This document shows, one piece after another, positions 18,136 to 24,506 of a DNA stretch of 24,506 nt. Source of the stretch: a virus. Its lineage: Duplodnaviria > Caudoviricetes. Position 1 is the first letter of the stretch; each line of letters starts with the position of its first letter. A program made the position numbers and the translations under genes. The DNA lies in IMG/VR virus record IMGVR_UViG_3300038379_000663, positions 1-24,506 of that record, one strand, 5' to 3'. A model generated the notes under the pieces. It saw only the letters and a list, made by a program, of their open reading frames with translations. It searched no databases and had not been told where the DNA came from.

Positions 18136-18619
18136 GCTCCAGTTCCTCAACGGCCGTAGTTACGGCCTCATCGAAATCGGTCTGCTTAAGGGTTAGGGGT
18201 ATTTCGTCTTTCAGGAGGAACATCACGGCAGCCAGCGCCACACGATCATCGCGACTGTCGATCAGGTTGGAGAGACGGGCAATCGCTTTCGGCTTGAGAC
18301 CCTGCAACCGTCGCACCAGCGGCTTCATCGCGTCCGCATAATAATGCCGGAACAACGGGTCCTGCGTCCGCCATTTATGCAGCGTGCCGGTGCTCACCCC
18401 CAACAACTCCGCACACTGCTGCTGCGAATATGTGCCGTTGTTCAGGAGCGACAGGTACTGCTGTTTCAACGGGGAGAGATCAACGAACCGAGGCAACGTA
18501 CGGGCGTGCTCATGCGGGAGACAATCCGGCGCCGGCTCATGCAACGAGCCGTTGGAAGGCGCTCCGGAATCCGATGCGCCCGGAATCTCCGGAACGGAAG
18601 CCCCGCCTGCTGTTTGCAT
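18044..18619 (-). CDS. putative terminase small subunit (HTH)
   Basis: HTH SQQQCAELLGVSTGTLHKW..DPLF, then A...L..LIDSRDDRVALAAV..LL. Directly upstream of and overlapping TerL. Confidence 0.72.
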   Translation of the reverse strand: MQTAGGASVPEIPGASDSGAPSNGSLHEPAPDCLPHEHARTLPRFVDLSPLKQQYLSLLNNGTYSQQQCAELLGVSTGTLHKWRTQDPLFRHYYADAMKPLVRRLQGLKPKAIARLSNLIDSRDDRVALAAVMFLLKDEIPLTLKQTDFDEAVTTAVEELEHVLREDERQQLVARLGTDGAGNSHSGPSAG

Positions 18620-18719
18620 TACCTTCTAGTCATCGCACACATCCCCCGCTTCGTCAAGCACAAAATACCATCGGACACCGTTCCGCGCCCCCTTACTCCA
18701 CACCCACGCGCGACAACGC

Positions 18720-18920
18720 CTAACGAGCCTGCGACTCCTGTTGAATTGCCTCCTGCGCCTGCAAGGTCATCGCCTGCACAATCGCCGTCGCCAACATCAA
18801 ATGCGACGCTTGCCGCTGCAGAATACCTGGAGAAAGCCCAAACGCTGTCAAATCGATCACTTCTTGCGACAACACTCGCACCGCCTGTTGCAGGTGCGCG
18901 AGTTCTTCTCGACTGATCAT
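18720..18920 (-). CDS. hypothetical protein (66 aa, helical)
   Basis: MISREELAHL start at ATG 18920 (ATGA overlap); GGGGGA RBS. Confidence 0.55.
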   Translation of the reverse strand: MISREELAHLQQAVRVLSQEVIDLTAFGLSPGILQRQASHLMLATAIVQAMTLQAQEAIQQESQAR

Positions 18921-19087
18921 TCCCCCACCCACGCGGCAGTCATTCCTGGACCTCGCAGATAGCCGCTGCCCACGGCTACCACAATAGGCCGCGATCCATA
19001 ACGTGGGGTTCGACGATCTGGGCCGCCTGCTCGCGTTCCTCCCGCCGGGCGGGGGATGGGGGGGATGGGCATTTCCCACTGAATCAT
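18917..19087 (-). CDS. hypothetical protein (56 aa)
   Basis: ATGA overlaps at both ends (19084-19087 and 18917-18920). No recognisable motif. Confidence 0.4.
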   Translation of the reverse strand: MIQWEMPIPPIPRPAGGTRAGGPDRRTPRYGSRPIVVAVGSGYLRGPGMTAAWVGE

Positions 19088-19332
19088 CCGCGCGGCCTCC
19101 CGTCCTCCTCCGCTTTCCCTATGATCCCTGACTCCCTCTTGCGGTAACACCGATCAACCCTCCCATGCGCCTCGCACAAACGCTTCTCAATCTGCATATC
19201 CTCCCAATTGGACCGGAACCGGCTCCAGGCATATCGCCACCACGCGATTGACTCCGTGAGAATAATCATCTGCGACCTCAGCAGAGGATTCAAATGCACC
19301 CGATAGCCTCGACTCCTCCTACGCGCAGTCAT
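19084..19332 (-). CDS. hypothetical protein (82 aa)
   Basis: GGGGGA RBS-like sequence upstream; stop overlaps the next ATG. Confidence 0.5.
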   Translation of the reverse strand: MTARRRSRGYRVHLNPLLRSQMIILTESIAWWRYAWSRFRSNWEDMQIEKRLCEAHGRVDRCYRKRESGIIGKAEEDGRPRG

Positions 19333-19349
19333 CCTGATCCCCCAGACGA

Positions 19350-19847
19350 TCAGATGCCCAACGGCCCGACGTGATGCTCCGTCTCCACCGGCCGATCACT
19401 CAACAAACTGACCACCGAGGGTTCCACAGGCGCCGACACGCGCTCCCCGGCCCAGCCGCTCGCGACCAGCACGCTCCCGATCGTCACCGCCAGCACCGGT
19501 GCGGGCGCTCCGAACGCCAACGCCGCCCCGACCAACACCGCCGAGCCGCCCACCACCGCATGCTCCACCGTCAACCGGGCTGTCGTCTGTCCGAGGGAGC
19601 TAATAATCACCTTCCCGCTCCGATCCGTCTCCAACGCCTGCGCCGGCACCGCCCCAATCACCATCGCCACAATCACCGCCACACTCGCTCCCGCCTTCAC
19701 CATCTGTTGAACCCTCCGACGTGCTCGCTCATGCCGGTACGCGCGCTTCAGCCCCAGCACCTTGGCCTGCATCCACAACCGCTCCGCGCGATTGCGGCAA
19801 CTCACAATGAAATCATGTTTGTTCTTGACCATCCCCTGCTGCGCCAT
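19350..19847 (-). CDS. hypothetical membrane protein
   Basis: GGAGGAGG RBS before ATG 19847. Hydrophobic VAVIVAMVIGAVPAQA and a Gly/Ala-rich hydrophobic hairpin. Confidence 0.55.
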   Translation of the reverse strand: MAQQGMVKNKHDFIVSCRNRAERLWMQAKVLGLKRAYRHERARRRVQQMVKAGASVAVIVAMVIGAVPAQALETDRSGKVIISSLGQTTARLTVEHAVVGGSAVLVGAALAFGAPAPVLAVTIGSVLVASGWAGERVSAPVEPSVVSLLSDRPVETEHHVGPLGI

Positions 19848-20073
19848 CCCGGAACTCCTCCTCCGCTCGTTTGAACTCGGCGGCCCCATCCTGCCTGATC
19901 CGGCCGCGCATCACCTCCTGCAACAACCAATCCGCCTGCTTCACCAACGCTGCCGCCGTAATGACAAGATCAGACTTCGCCATCTGCCGCAACTTAAGCG
20001 CGCACCGCACGTCCACCGTCCCATCCTCCTTGCGGACCACCTCCATCCCGATAGTCCCCAAGTTAACGCTCAT
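19813..20073 (-). CDS. hypothetical protein (86 aa)
   Basis: MSVNLGTIG start with a G-rich RBS; globular-looking sequence. Confidence 0.55.
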   Translation of the reverse strand: MSVNLGTIGMEVVRKEDGTVDVRCALKLRQMAKSDLVITAAALVKQADWLLQEVMRGRIRQDGAAEFKRAEEEFRDGAAGDGQEQT

Positions 20074-20092
20074 GCCACCCCCCGCCCGGCCA

Positions 20093-20809
20093 TCACGCCT
20101 CCCGCACCGCGACCCACGCCGCAAAGTTCATCCACCGCCACACGCAATCGACCTCCCGAAACCCGGCCTGCCGCAACAGTTCCTCATTCCACGCCGCCGT
20201 CACCGGCACCAGCACCCCTTCCAAGCTCAACCGCTTCCGCTCAATCTCCTGCGATGAATACCCGTGCGCTTGTTTCATCGCCAAATACTGCGCCACTTGG
20301 ATCGCATTCAAGTCGGCCGTCGCCCCGAGGACTTTCTCGACCAACACCACTGCCCCCCCGGGCTTCGTATGCCGGTACATCTCCCGCACAATGCGTTGTC
20401 GATACTCGATCGGCACAAACTGCAGGCACAGCACGCTCAACGTCAAATCCGCCTGCCCCGGCGGATACCCCGTCCGCAAATCGATCGGCAATAGACGCAC
20501 CGTCCCGCGCTCGATCGCCTCACCAAACCGCTGACAAAACGCCTCCCGCATCGGCCGGCTCACCTCAACCCCCACATACTCCACCGTATCACCGAACTCC
20601 GACACGAACGGCGCCAAATCATCCCCGCGCGAGCACCCCAACGCCACGATCGTGGGCCGCGGCAACACGGAACTCCGCGCCACAAACTGCCGCCCAAGCT
20701 CAAACACCGCCTCCCGCATCACCGCATACTGCGGGATGCTCCGCGCGAGCATATCCGAGAACGATTCCGCAACCTGCCGGTCAAACGTCCAGCGGCCACT
20801 GGGGAGCAC
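20093..20809 (-). CDS. cmoA: carboxy-S-adenosyl-L-methionine synthase (CmoA-like)
   Basis: WTFDRQVAESFSDMLARSIPQY, LGCSRG, LQF, PGGAVVLVEK, K.AHGYS..EI.RKR..LE and AGF...W..MNF are all collinear with E. coli CmoA, including the KR arginine. GTG 20809 start is tentative. Confidence 0.9.
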   Translation of the reverse strand: MLPSGRWTFDRQVAESFSDMLARSIPQYAVMREAVFELGRQFVARSSVLPRPTIVALGCSRGDDLAPFVSEFGDTVEYVGVEVSRPMREAFCQRFGEAIERGTVRLLPIDLRTGYPPGQADLTLSVLCLQFVPIEYRQRIVREMYRHTKPGGAVVLVEKVLGATADLNAIQVAQYLAMKQAHGYSSQEIERKRLSLEGVLVPVTAAWNEELLRQAGFREVDCVWRWMNFAAWVAVREA

Positions 20810-21264
20810 CCGATCCCGGCGCTGTGTGCCACCAACTGCATGAGTGCGACGGCCTGCCGCCGATGCTGTGGATCGTTCCACCACCGATTGACGCCGCTCG
20901 GATGCGGCAACGTCACCAGCCACGGTCGTCCGGCTTCGACCACCAGCCCGCACGGCTCGCCCTCGACCGCCATCGCGTCCGCCACCTTCCGCCCGAGCAA
21001 TACCACGATGTCGCGCTCGGTAACCAACGGCCACACCACCTCGCGCGCGTACCGGCGCGCCGCCTGAGGCTGCCACGCGTCCCCTGTCCCGCTCCGCGCT
21101 CGTCCGGGCCACCGGCCCAACAGGTTCACGAATCGCGCGCACTCGATCAGCACCTCGTACGGAACCCCGCATAATTCAGCCAGCCGCCTCCCCGTCTGTC
21201 CCCCGGCCCACGACCGATTCTCCCTCGTCATCCTGCTCGGCGCCTGCCCCACGAAGATCAGCAT
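20719..21264 (-). CDS. uracil-DNA glycosylase superfamily protein
   Basis: Motif A-like IFVGQAPS, G.TGRRL, VNLL, VVLLGRKVA, and motif B-like LPHPSG..RWWN. Strong GGGAGGGGGG RBS before ATG 21264. Confidence 0.8.
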   Translation of the reverse strand: MLIFVGQAPSRMTRENRSWAGGQTGRRLAELCGVPYEVLIECARFVNLLGRWPGRARSGTGDAWQPQAARRYAREVVWPLVTERDIVVLLGRKVADAMAVEGEPCGLVVEAGRPWLVTLPHPSGVNRWWNDPQHRRQAVALMQLVAHSAGIGCSPVAAGRLTGRLRNRSRICSRGASRSMR

Positions 21265-22120
21265 CCCCCCTCCCAACGCCCCACCGCTCCGCCAAATCGC
21301 GATACAGCGCAGCTGTCGCCTTCCGCCCCTTCACATTCACCACCGGATCATCCAACAACTCCGCGCACCGATCCGCGATTCCGGTATCCCCCAACTGCAA
21401 GTTCTGATGCGGTGGTACGCGAACACGCCCAAACGCCTCCGAAAACGCCGCACGCGTAAGCTCCTTCTGCCGCGGCTTGTTGCACGTCTCCCACGGCAAC
21501 GCGCGAAACACCGCCTGCATCGCCTCGCTCCGCCACGGCACCGCGACCTCGATCCCCAACGTCGCCGCATACGTCCGGATCATCGCCACCTGCGCGTAGT
21601 TCGGATCAGCAAACTTCATCGCCCGAAACTCATCCAGCCCGGAAATCCCTCTAGGCTTATAATGCACCATCCCCTTCCGGCTCAGCACATAATGGGCATC
21701 CGCACAATCCCCGGTCACCACCAACTCATCCCCATGAGCCTTCGCCGCATCCAACAACCGCAGTCGCGGCCACAAGCATTCCACGTCAGCCTTTTTCCTC
21801 GCCCCAAGCCTCAACACGCGCTGTAGATCCCGCAACACCTGCTGCTGCTCAACCGGCAACATGACCGGGATGAACGTCAACTCGAACGCCCGCGCCGTCC
21901 GCAACGCCGTCCGAAAATCCCGACTCTCCCGATCCTCCCGCCTGATCGAAAACACCGTGGGCCGCACCCCCATCGCCAACAACGCAAACAACACGCTATG
22001 GCTGTCCGCCCCGCCGCTCAAAAACACCCCGACCTCGCGCTCCTGCGGACAATGCGTCGCCAACTCATCCAGCAGCACCTGCCGCACGCGGCCCGCCAAC
22101 CGCTCCTGCTCCTCGCTCAT
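21176..22120 (-). CDS. asparagine-synthetase C-domain-like PP-loop ATP-dependent amide ligase (no glutaminase domain)
   Basis: PP-loop VGVFLSGGADS near the N-terminus, VVTGDCADAHY (compare SGEGADE.F in AsnB), V.VPW and KELTRAAF. ATGA overlap with the methyltransferase. Confidence 0.82.
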   Translation of the reverse strand: MSEEQERLAGRVRQVLLDELATHCPQEREVGVFLSGGADSHSVLFALLAMGVRPTVFSIRREDRESRDFRTALRTARAFELTFIPVMLPVEQQQVLRDLQRVLRLGARKKADVECLWPRLRLLDAAKAHGDELVVTGDCADAHYVLSRKGMVHYKPRGISGLDEFRAMKFADPNYAQVAMIRTYAATLGIEVAVPWRSEAMQAVFRALPWETCNKPRQKELTRAAFSEAFGRVRVPPHQNLQLGDTGIADRCAELLDDPVVNVKGRKATAALYRDLAERWGVGRGDADLRGAGAEQDDEGESVVGRGTDGEAAG

Positions 22121-23094
22121 GTCGTCAACGCCTCCCGCACGCTACCAGCGACCGCCGCCATCAACGGAGGCGGCACCGCTCTCCCAATCCGCTCCCACTG
22201 CTGGTCATATGTCCCCGTCAACACGAAATCCTCCGGAAACCCGGACACTCGTTTCAACTCTGCAATCGTCAGCGTCCGCGGCTCATCCGGATGACACAGA
22301 TTCTGCATGGACTGGACCGCCGTCGGCACCGGCCGGTTCCACGCCAGCCGCCGCATATTGAACCGGCTCGCCTTCCCGGACAACTCTGACGACGCCGCCG
22401 AAAAATTCCTACCGGGCTGTGTCCTGTGATACAAAAGCTCGTCACGCTTGGTCAGCATCCGACACTCCCCGTCTAACCGTCCTTCCGGCAACACATCCCG
22501 CAACGTGCGATACTGCGGAAACGGCATCGGCGTCTCCGGCTCCCGCTCTCCGAGTCGCACGCCCAGAAAAAACACCCGCTCTCGCAGTTGCGCCACCCCA
22601 TACCACGCCGCATTCAGCACCATCGCCCGAACCACATACCCCGGCGCCATCAGCGCCTGCATAATCTCGTTGTATGCGCCCTTCGCCCGCCCAAGCACCA
22701 ACCCCTTCACATTCTCCGCAACGAACGCTCGTGGCCGCAGCTCGCTCAGCACCCTCGCATACTCGAAGAACAGGTCATCCGTCCGCTGCTGCGTGTCCGA
22801 GTACTTTCGCACCTCGCCCCACCCCTTATCCCGCTTCCCGGCCATGCTGAAGCTCGCGCACGGGGGACTCCCCTCTAGCACATCCACACTCGACACCCCG
22901 GACTCGCGCCGAATCAGGTCCCCGCTCACCGTCCGGATGTCCGCCTCAGACAGCGGCACGTCTGGGAAATTCGCACGATAGGTGTCCCGCGCCGACGCCA
23001 CAAACTCGTTCGCCCACACCGTCCGAAACCCGGCCTGTCGAAATCCAAGACAACTCCCGCCCGCCCCGGTAAACGTGCTCGCCACCGTCAGCAT
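22117..23094 (-). CDS. DNA cytosine-C5 methyltransferase-fold enzyme, predicted carboxymethyltransferase
   Basis: Motifs I FTGAGG, IV GSPPCASFS, VI ENVKG, VIII QLRERVF, IX RTLTIAELKRVSGFP, and X IGRAVPP (Arg in place of the conserved Asn). Start at ATG 23094 by TGATG overlap. Confidence 0.92.
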   Translation of the reverse strand: MLTVASTFTGAGGSCLGFRQAGFRTVWANEFVASARDTYRANFPDVPLSEADIRTVSGDLIRRESGVSSVDVLEGSPPCASFSMAGKRDKGWGEVRKYSDTQQRTDDLFFEYARVLSELRPRAFVAENVKGLVLGRAKGAYNEIMQALMAPGYVVRAMVLNAAWYGVAQLRERVFFLGVRLGEREPETPMPFPQYRTLRDVLPEGRLDGECRMLTKRDELLYHRTQPGRNFSAASSELSGKASRFNMRRLAWNRPVPTAVQSMQNLCHPDEPRTLTIAELKRVSGFPEDFVLTGTYDQQWERIGRAVPPPLMAAVAGSVREALTT

Positions 23095-23603
23095 CACCAC
23101 CGGTACCCACAGGTCGGACACACCTGCGTCGTCCCTAACACCGGCTCCAGCAATTCCACAGCCTGCCCGCGCACCGCACACGGACCATCCAACAACTGAG
23201 GCAACGCCTCAGCCGTAAACCCGATCGCATCCAACTCAATCGACGGAATCGCCTCCACCATCGCCCGCAATTTCCCCAAGTCCCACGTCCCCTTGATCCG
23301 GTTCAGCGCGATCAAGAGCGCCAGCTCCTCCTGCGCTCCGAGATCGACCGTCACAACAGGCACCACCTCCCACCCCAACCGCCGCATCGCCTCCACGCGC
23401 TGATGCCCCCCCAGAATCACCCCACGCCGCCCCTCGCGCGTGTTCACAACCACGGGTTCCACACACTGATATTGTCGCAAGCTCTCAACCAGCCGATCCA
23501 ACTCCTCCGGCTCAATGGTCCGCGGATTCCGCTCGTGCGGACGCAGCGCCGCTATCGGCCACACCGTCGTACTCAGGGAACCAGGGTTCGGCATCGCGGA
23601 CAC
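23094..23603 (-). CDS. ParB/Srx N-terminal-domain protein with C-terminal CPxCG
   Basis: LRPHERNPR, SLRQY..VEPVVVN, ILGGHQRVEA, LNRIKGTWD; ends VCPTCGYRW. Confidence 0.85.
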   Translation of the reverse strand: MSAMPNPGSLSTTVWPIAALRPHERNPRTIEPEELDRLVESLRQYQCVEPVVVNTREGRRGVILGGHQRVEAMRRLGWEVVPVVTVDLGAQEELALLIALNRIKGTWDLGKLRAMVEAIPSIELDAIGFTAEALPQLLDGPCAVRGQAVELLEPVLGTTQVCPTCGYRW

Positions 23604-24046
23604 CGCTCCTCTCGCGCAGCCCCCATACTCGGAACCGCATCCAACCGCCCTCCGGACACCAGATTGCTAATCTCCTGCGGCAACAACCCAGTCACGTCCT
23701 GGACCGGCGTCCCGTGAAGCTCGCTCACCACAGACGCCAGCCGAGCCTCATCCCATCGACCGGACAGATTGTTCAGCGCCAAGTTCAACCGACGCTCCGC
23801 CGCTTCCGGCAACGACACCCACACCACCGGCACCGTCGCCCATCCCAAGCTAATCGCCGCCGCCAATCGCTGATGCCCCCCCACCACGATCCCCACCCGC
23901 GACGGATGGCGATTCGCCACAATCGGCTCCACCATCCCAAACGTCGCGAGACTCCGCGCCAACGCCTGCTGCTCATGTGCAGGCATAATGCGCGGATTAT
24001 ACGTCGCGGGCAACAACCCGGTCACCGCAACCTGCTCAACGTCCAT
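23573..24046 (-). CDS. ParB/Srx N-terminal-domain protein with C-terminal CPxC
   Basis: LLPATYNPR, SLATFGMVEPIVAN, VGGHQRLAA, LNNLSGRWD; ends CPRC. AAGGGG RBS before ATG 24046. Confidence 0.85.
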   Translation of the reverse strand: MDVEQVAVTGLLPATYNPRIMPAHEQQALARSLATFGMVEPIVANRHPSRVGIVVGGHQRLAAAISLGWATVPVVWVSLPEAAERRLNLALNNLSGRWDEARLASVVSELHGTPVQDVTGLLPQEISNLVSGGRLDAVPSMGAAREERCPRCRTLVP

Positions 24047-24203
24047 CCGTCCCCTTTGGCCGCTCAACTCGACCCATCCGCAATCGCTCGCGCAACCGAT
24101 CTGGACGATACCGCCTCGCCCGACACCGGTGCTCCTCATCCGGCACAATCAACCGGCCACAATGATCGCACGGCCCAGCCGGAGGACACTGAATCACGGG
24201 CAT
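24036..24203 (-). CDS. possible small Cys/His (zinc-binding) protein, 55 aa (absent from the ORF track)
   Basis: Manual translation MPVIQCPPAGPCDHCGRLIVPDEEHRCRARR... It fills the gap between neighbours and its stop lies just inside the ParB start. Confidence 0.4.
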   Translation of the reverse strand: MPVIQCPPAGPCDHCGRLIVPDEEHRCRARRYRPDRLRERLRMGRVERPKGTDGR

Positions 24204-24218
24204 CTGAACGCGCTGCCC

Positions 24219-24506
24219 TCACTCCCCGCCATCGCGATCGAACGCCTGTATGAGCGACGCATCGCGCTCAACCGGCGCAGGCACATTCCGTTGCAACGCC
24301 AGCAGCTGCACCCGCAACTCCTCCGGCGCCTCCCGCAGCATCCCGAGAACCACATCGACCCACCGCTCCGGCGATAGCACATCATCCACGATCCGGCTCG
24401 CCCCGACCCGATCACTCGAGTACTTCACGATCCGCACATTCCCCGCCCCCGTCCGCTCGAACGCCCATCCACGTCCAGGATGCACCGTCCCTGCCTGCTC
24501 CGTCAT
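24219..24506 (-). CDS. hypothetical protein (may extend beyond the window)
   Basis: 95-aa ORF with an ATG at the window edge, on the same strand as all other genes. Confidence 0.55.
   Translation of the reverse strand: MTEQAGTVHPGRGWAFERTGAGNVRIVKYSSDRVGASRIVDDVLSPERWVDVVLGMLREAPEELRVQLLALQRNVPAPVERDASLIQAFDRDGGE

Noticed and set aside
18620-18660. Sigma70 promoter upstream of terS (TTGACG on the minus strand)
   Set aside because: The -35-like hexamer has no convincing -10 at 16-18 nt spacing.
20093-20809. cmoA as a tRNA cmo5U-modification auxiliary gene
   Set aside because: No cmoB or tRNA in the window; operon context and the motif X Arg point to DNA as the acceptor.
21176-21178. Genome-wide TGA stop-codon reassignment
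   Set aside because: TGA is used as a true stop in many ATGA/TGATG junctions, and conserved genes are not interrupted by it.
22117-23094. Ordinary Dcm-like 5mC methylase or restriction-modification system
   Set aside because: No cognate endonuclease is visible, motif X is altered and the gene is linked to CmoA.
23094-24046. ParABS partition system
   Set aside because: No ParA, no HTH domain and no parS-like repeats seen.
70-24377. Many long plus-strand ORFs (e.g. 5476-6756, 19762-21174, 14001-14840)
   Set aside because: They are antisense shadows of motif-bearing minus-strand genes in GC-rich DNA, with Pro/Arg/Ser-rich translations and no motifs.

Overview
A GC-rich tailed-phage-type (HK97-fold) phage or prophage segment. 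Every credible gene is on the minus strand, and many are chained by ATGA/TGATG stop-start overlaps. In transcription order (right to left): (1) a DNA-modification operon with two ParB-N/CxxC proteins, a C5-cytosine methyltransferase-fold enzyme whose motif X reads GRAVPP instead of GNAVPP, a glutaminase-less asparagine-synthetase-like ligase, a UDG-superfamily protein and a CmoA-like carboxy-SAM synthase. I read this as a 5-carboxymethylcytosine hypermodification pathway. (2) Small hypothetical genes. (3) Terminase small and large subunits and a portal fused to a MuF-like domain. (4) An ~8-kb insert between portal and prohead protease with three consecutive signal-peptide-bearing proteins, three small membrane proteins and two further small genes. 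(5) Protease/scaffold, DUF2190-like cement protein, Mu gpT-like major capsid protein and a head-completion protein. (6) A SAM methyltransferase, dTDP-glucose 4,6-dehydratase and GT4 glycosyltransferase (truncated at the window edge) where tail genes would usually begin. All calls come from motif recognition by eye; no database searches were run.
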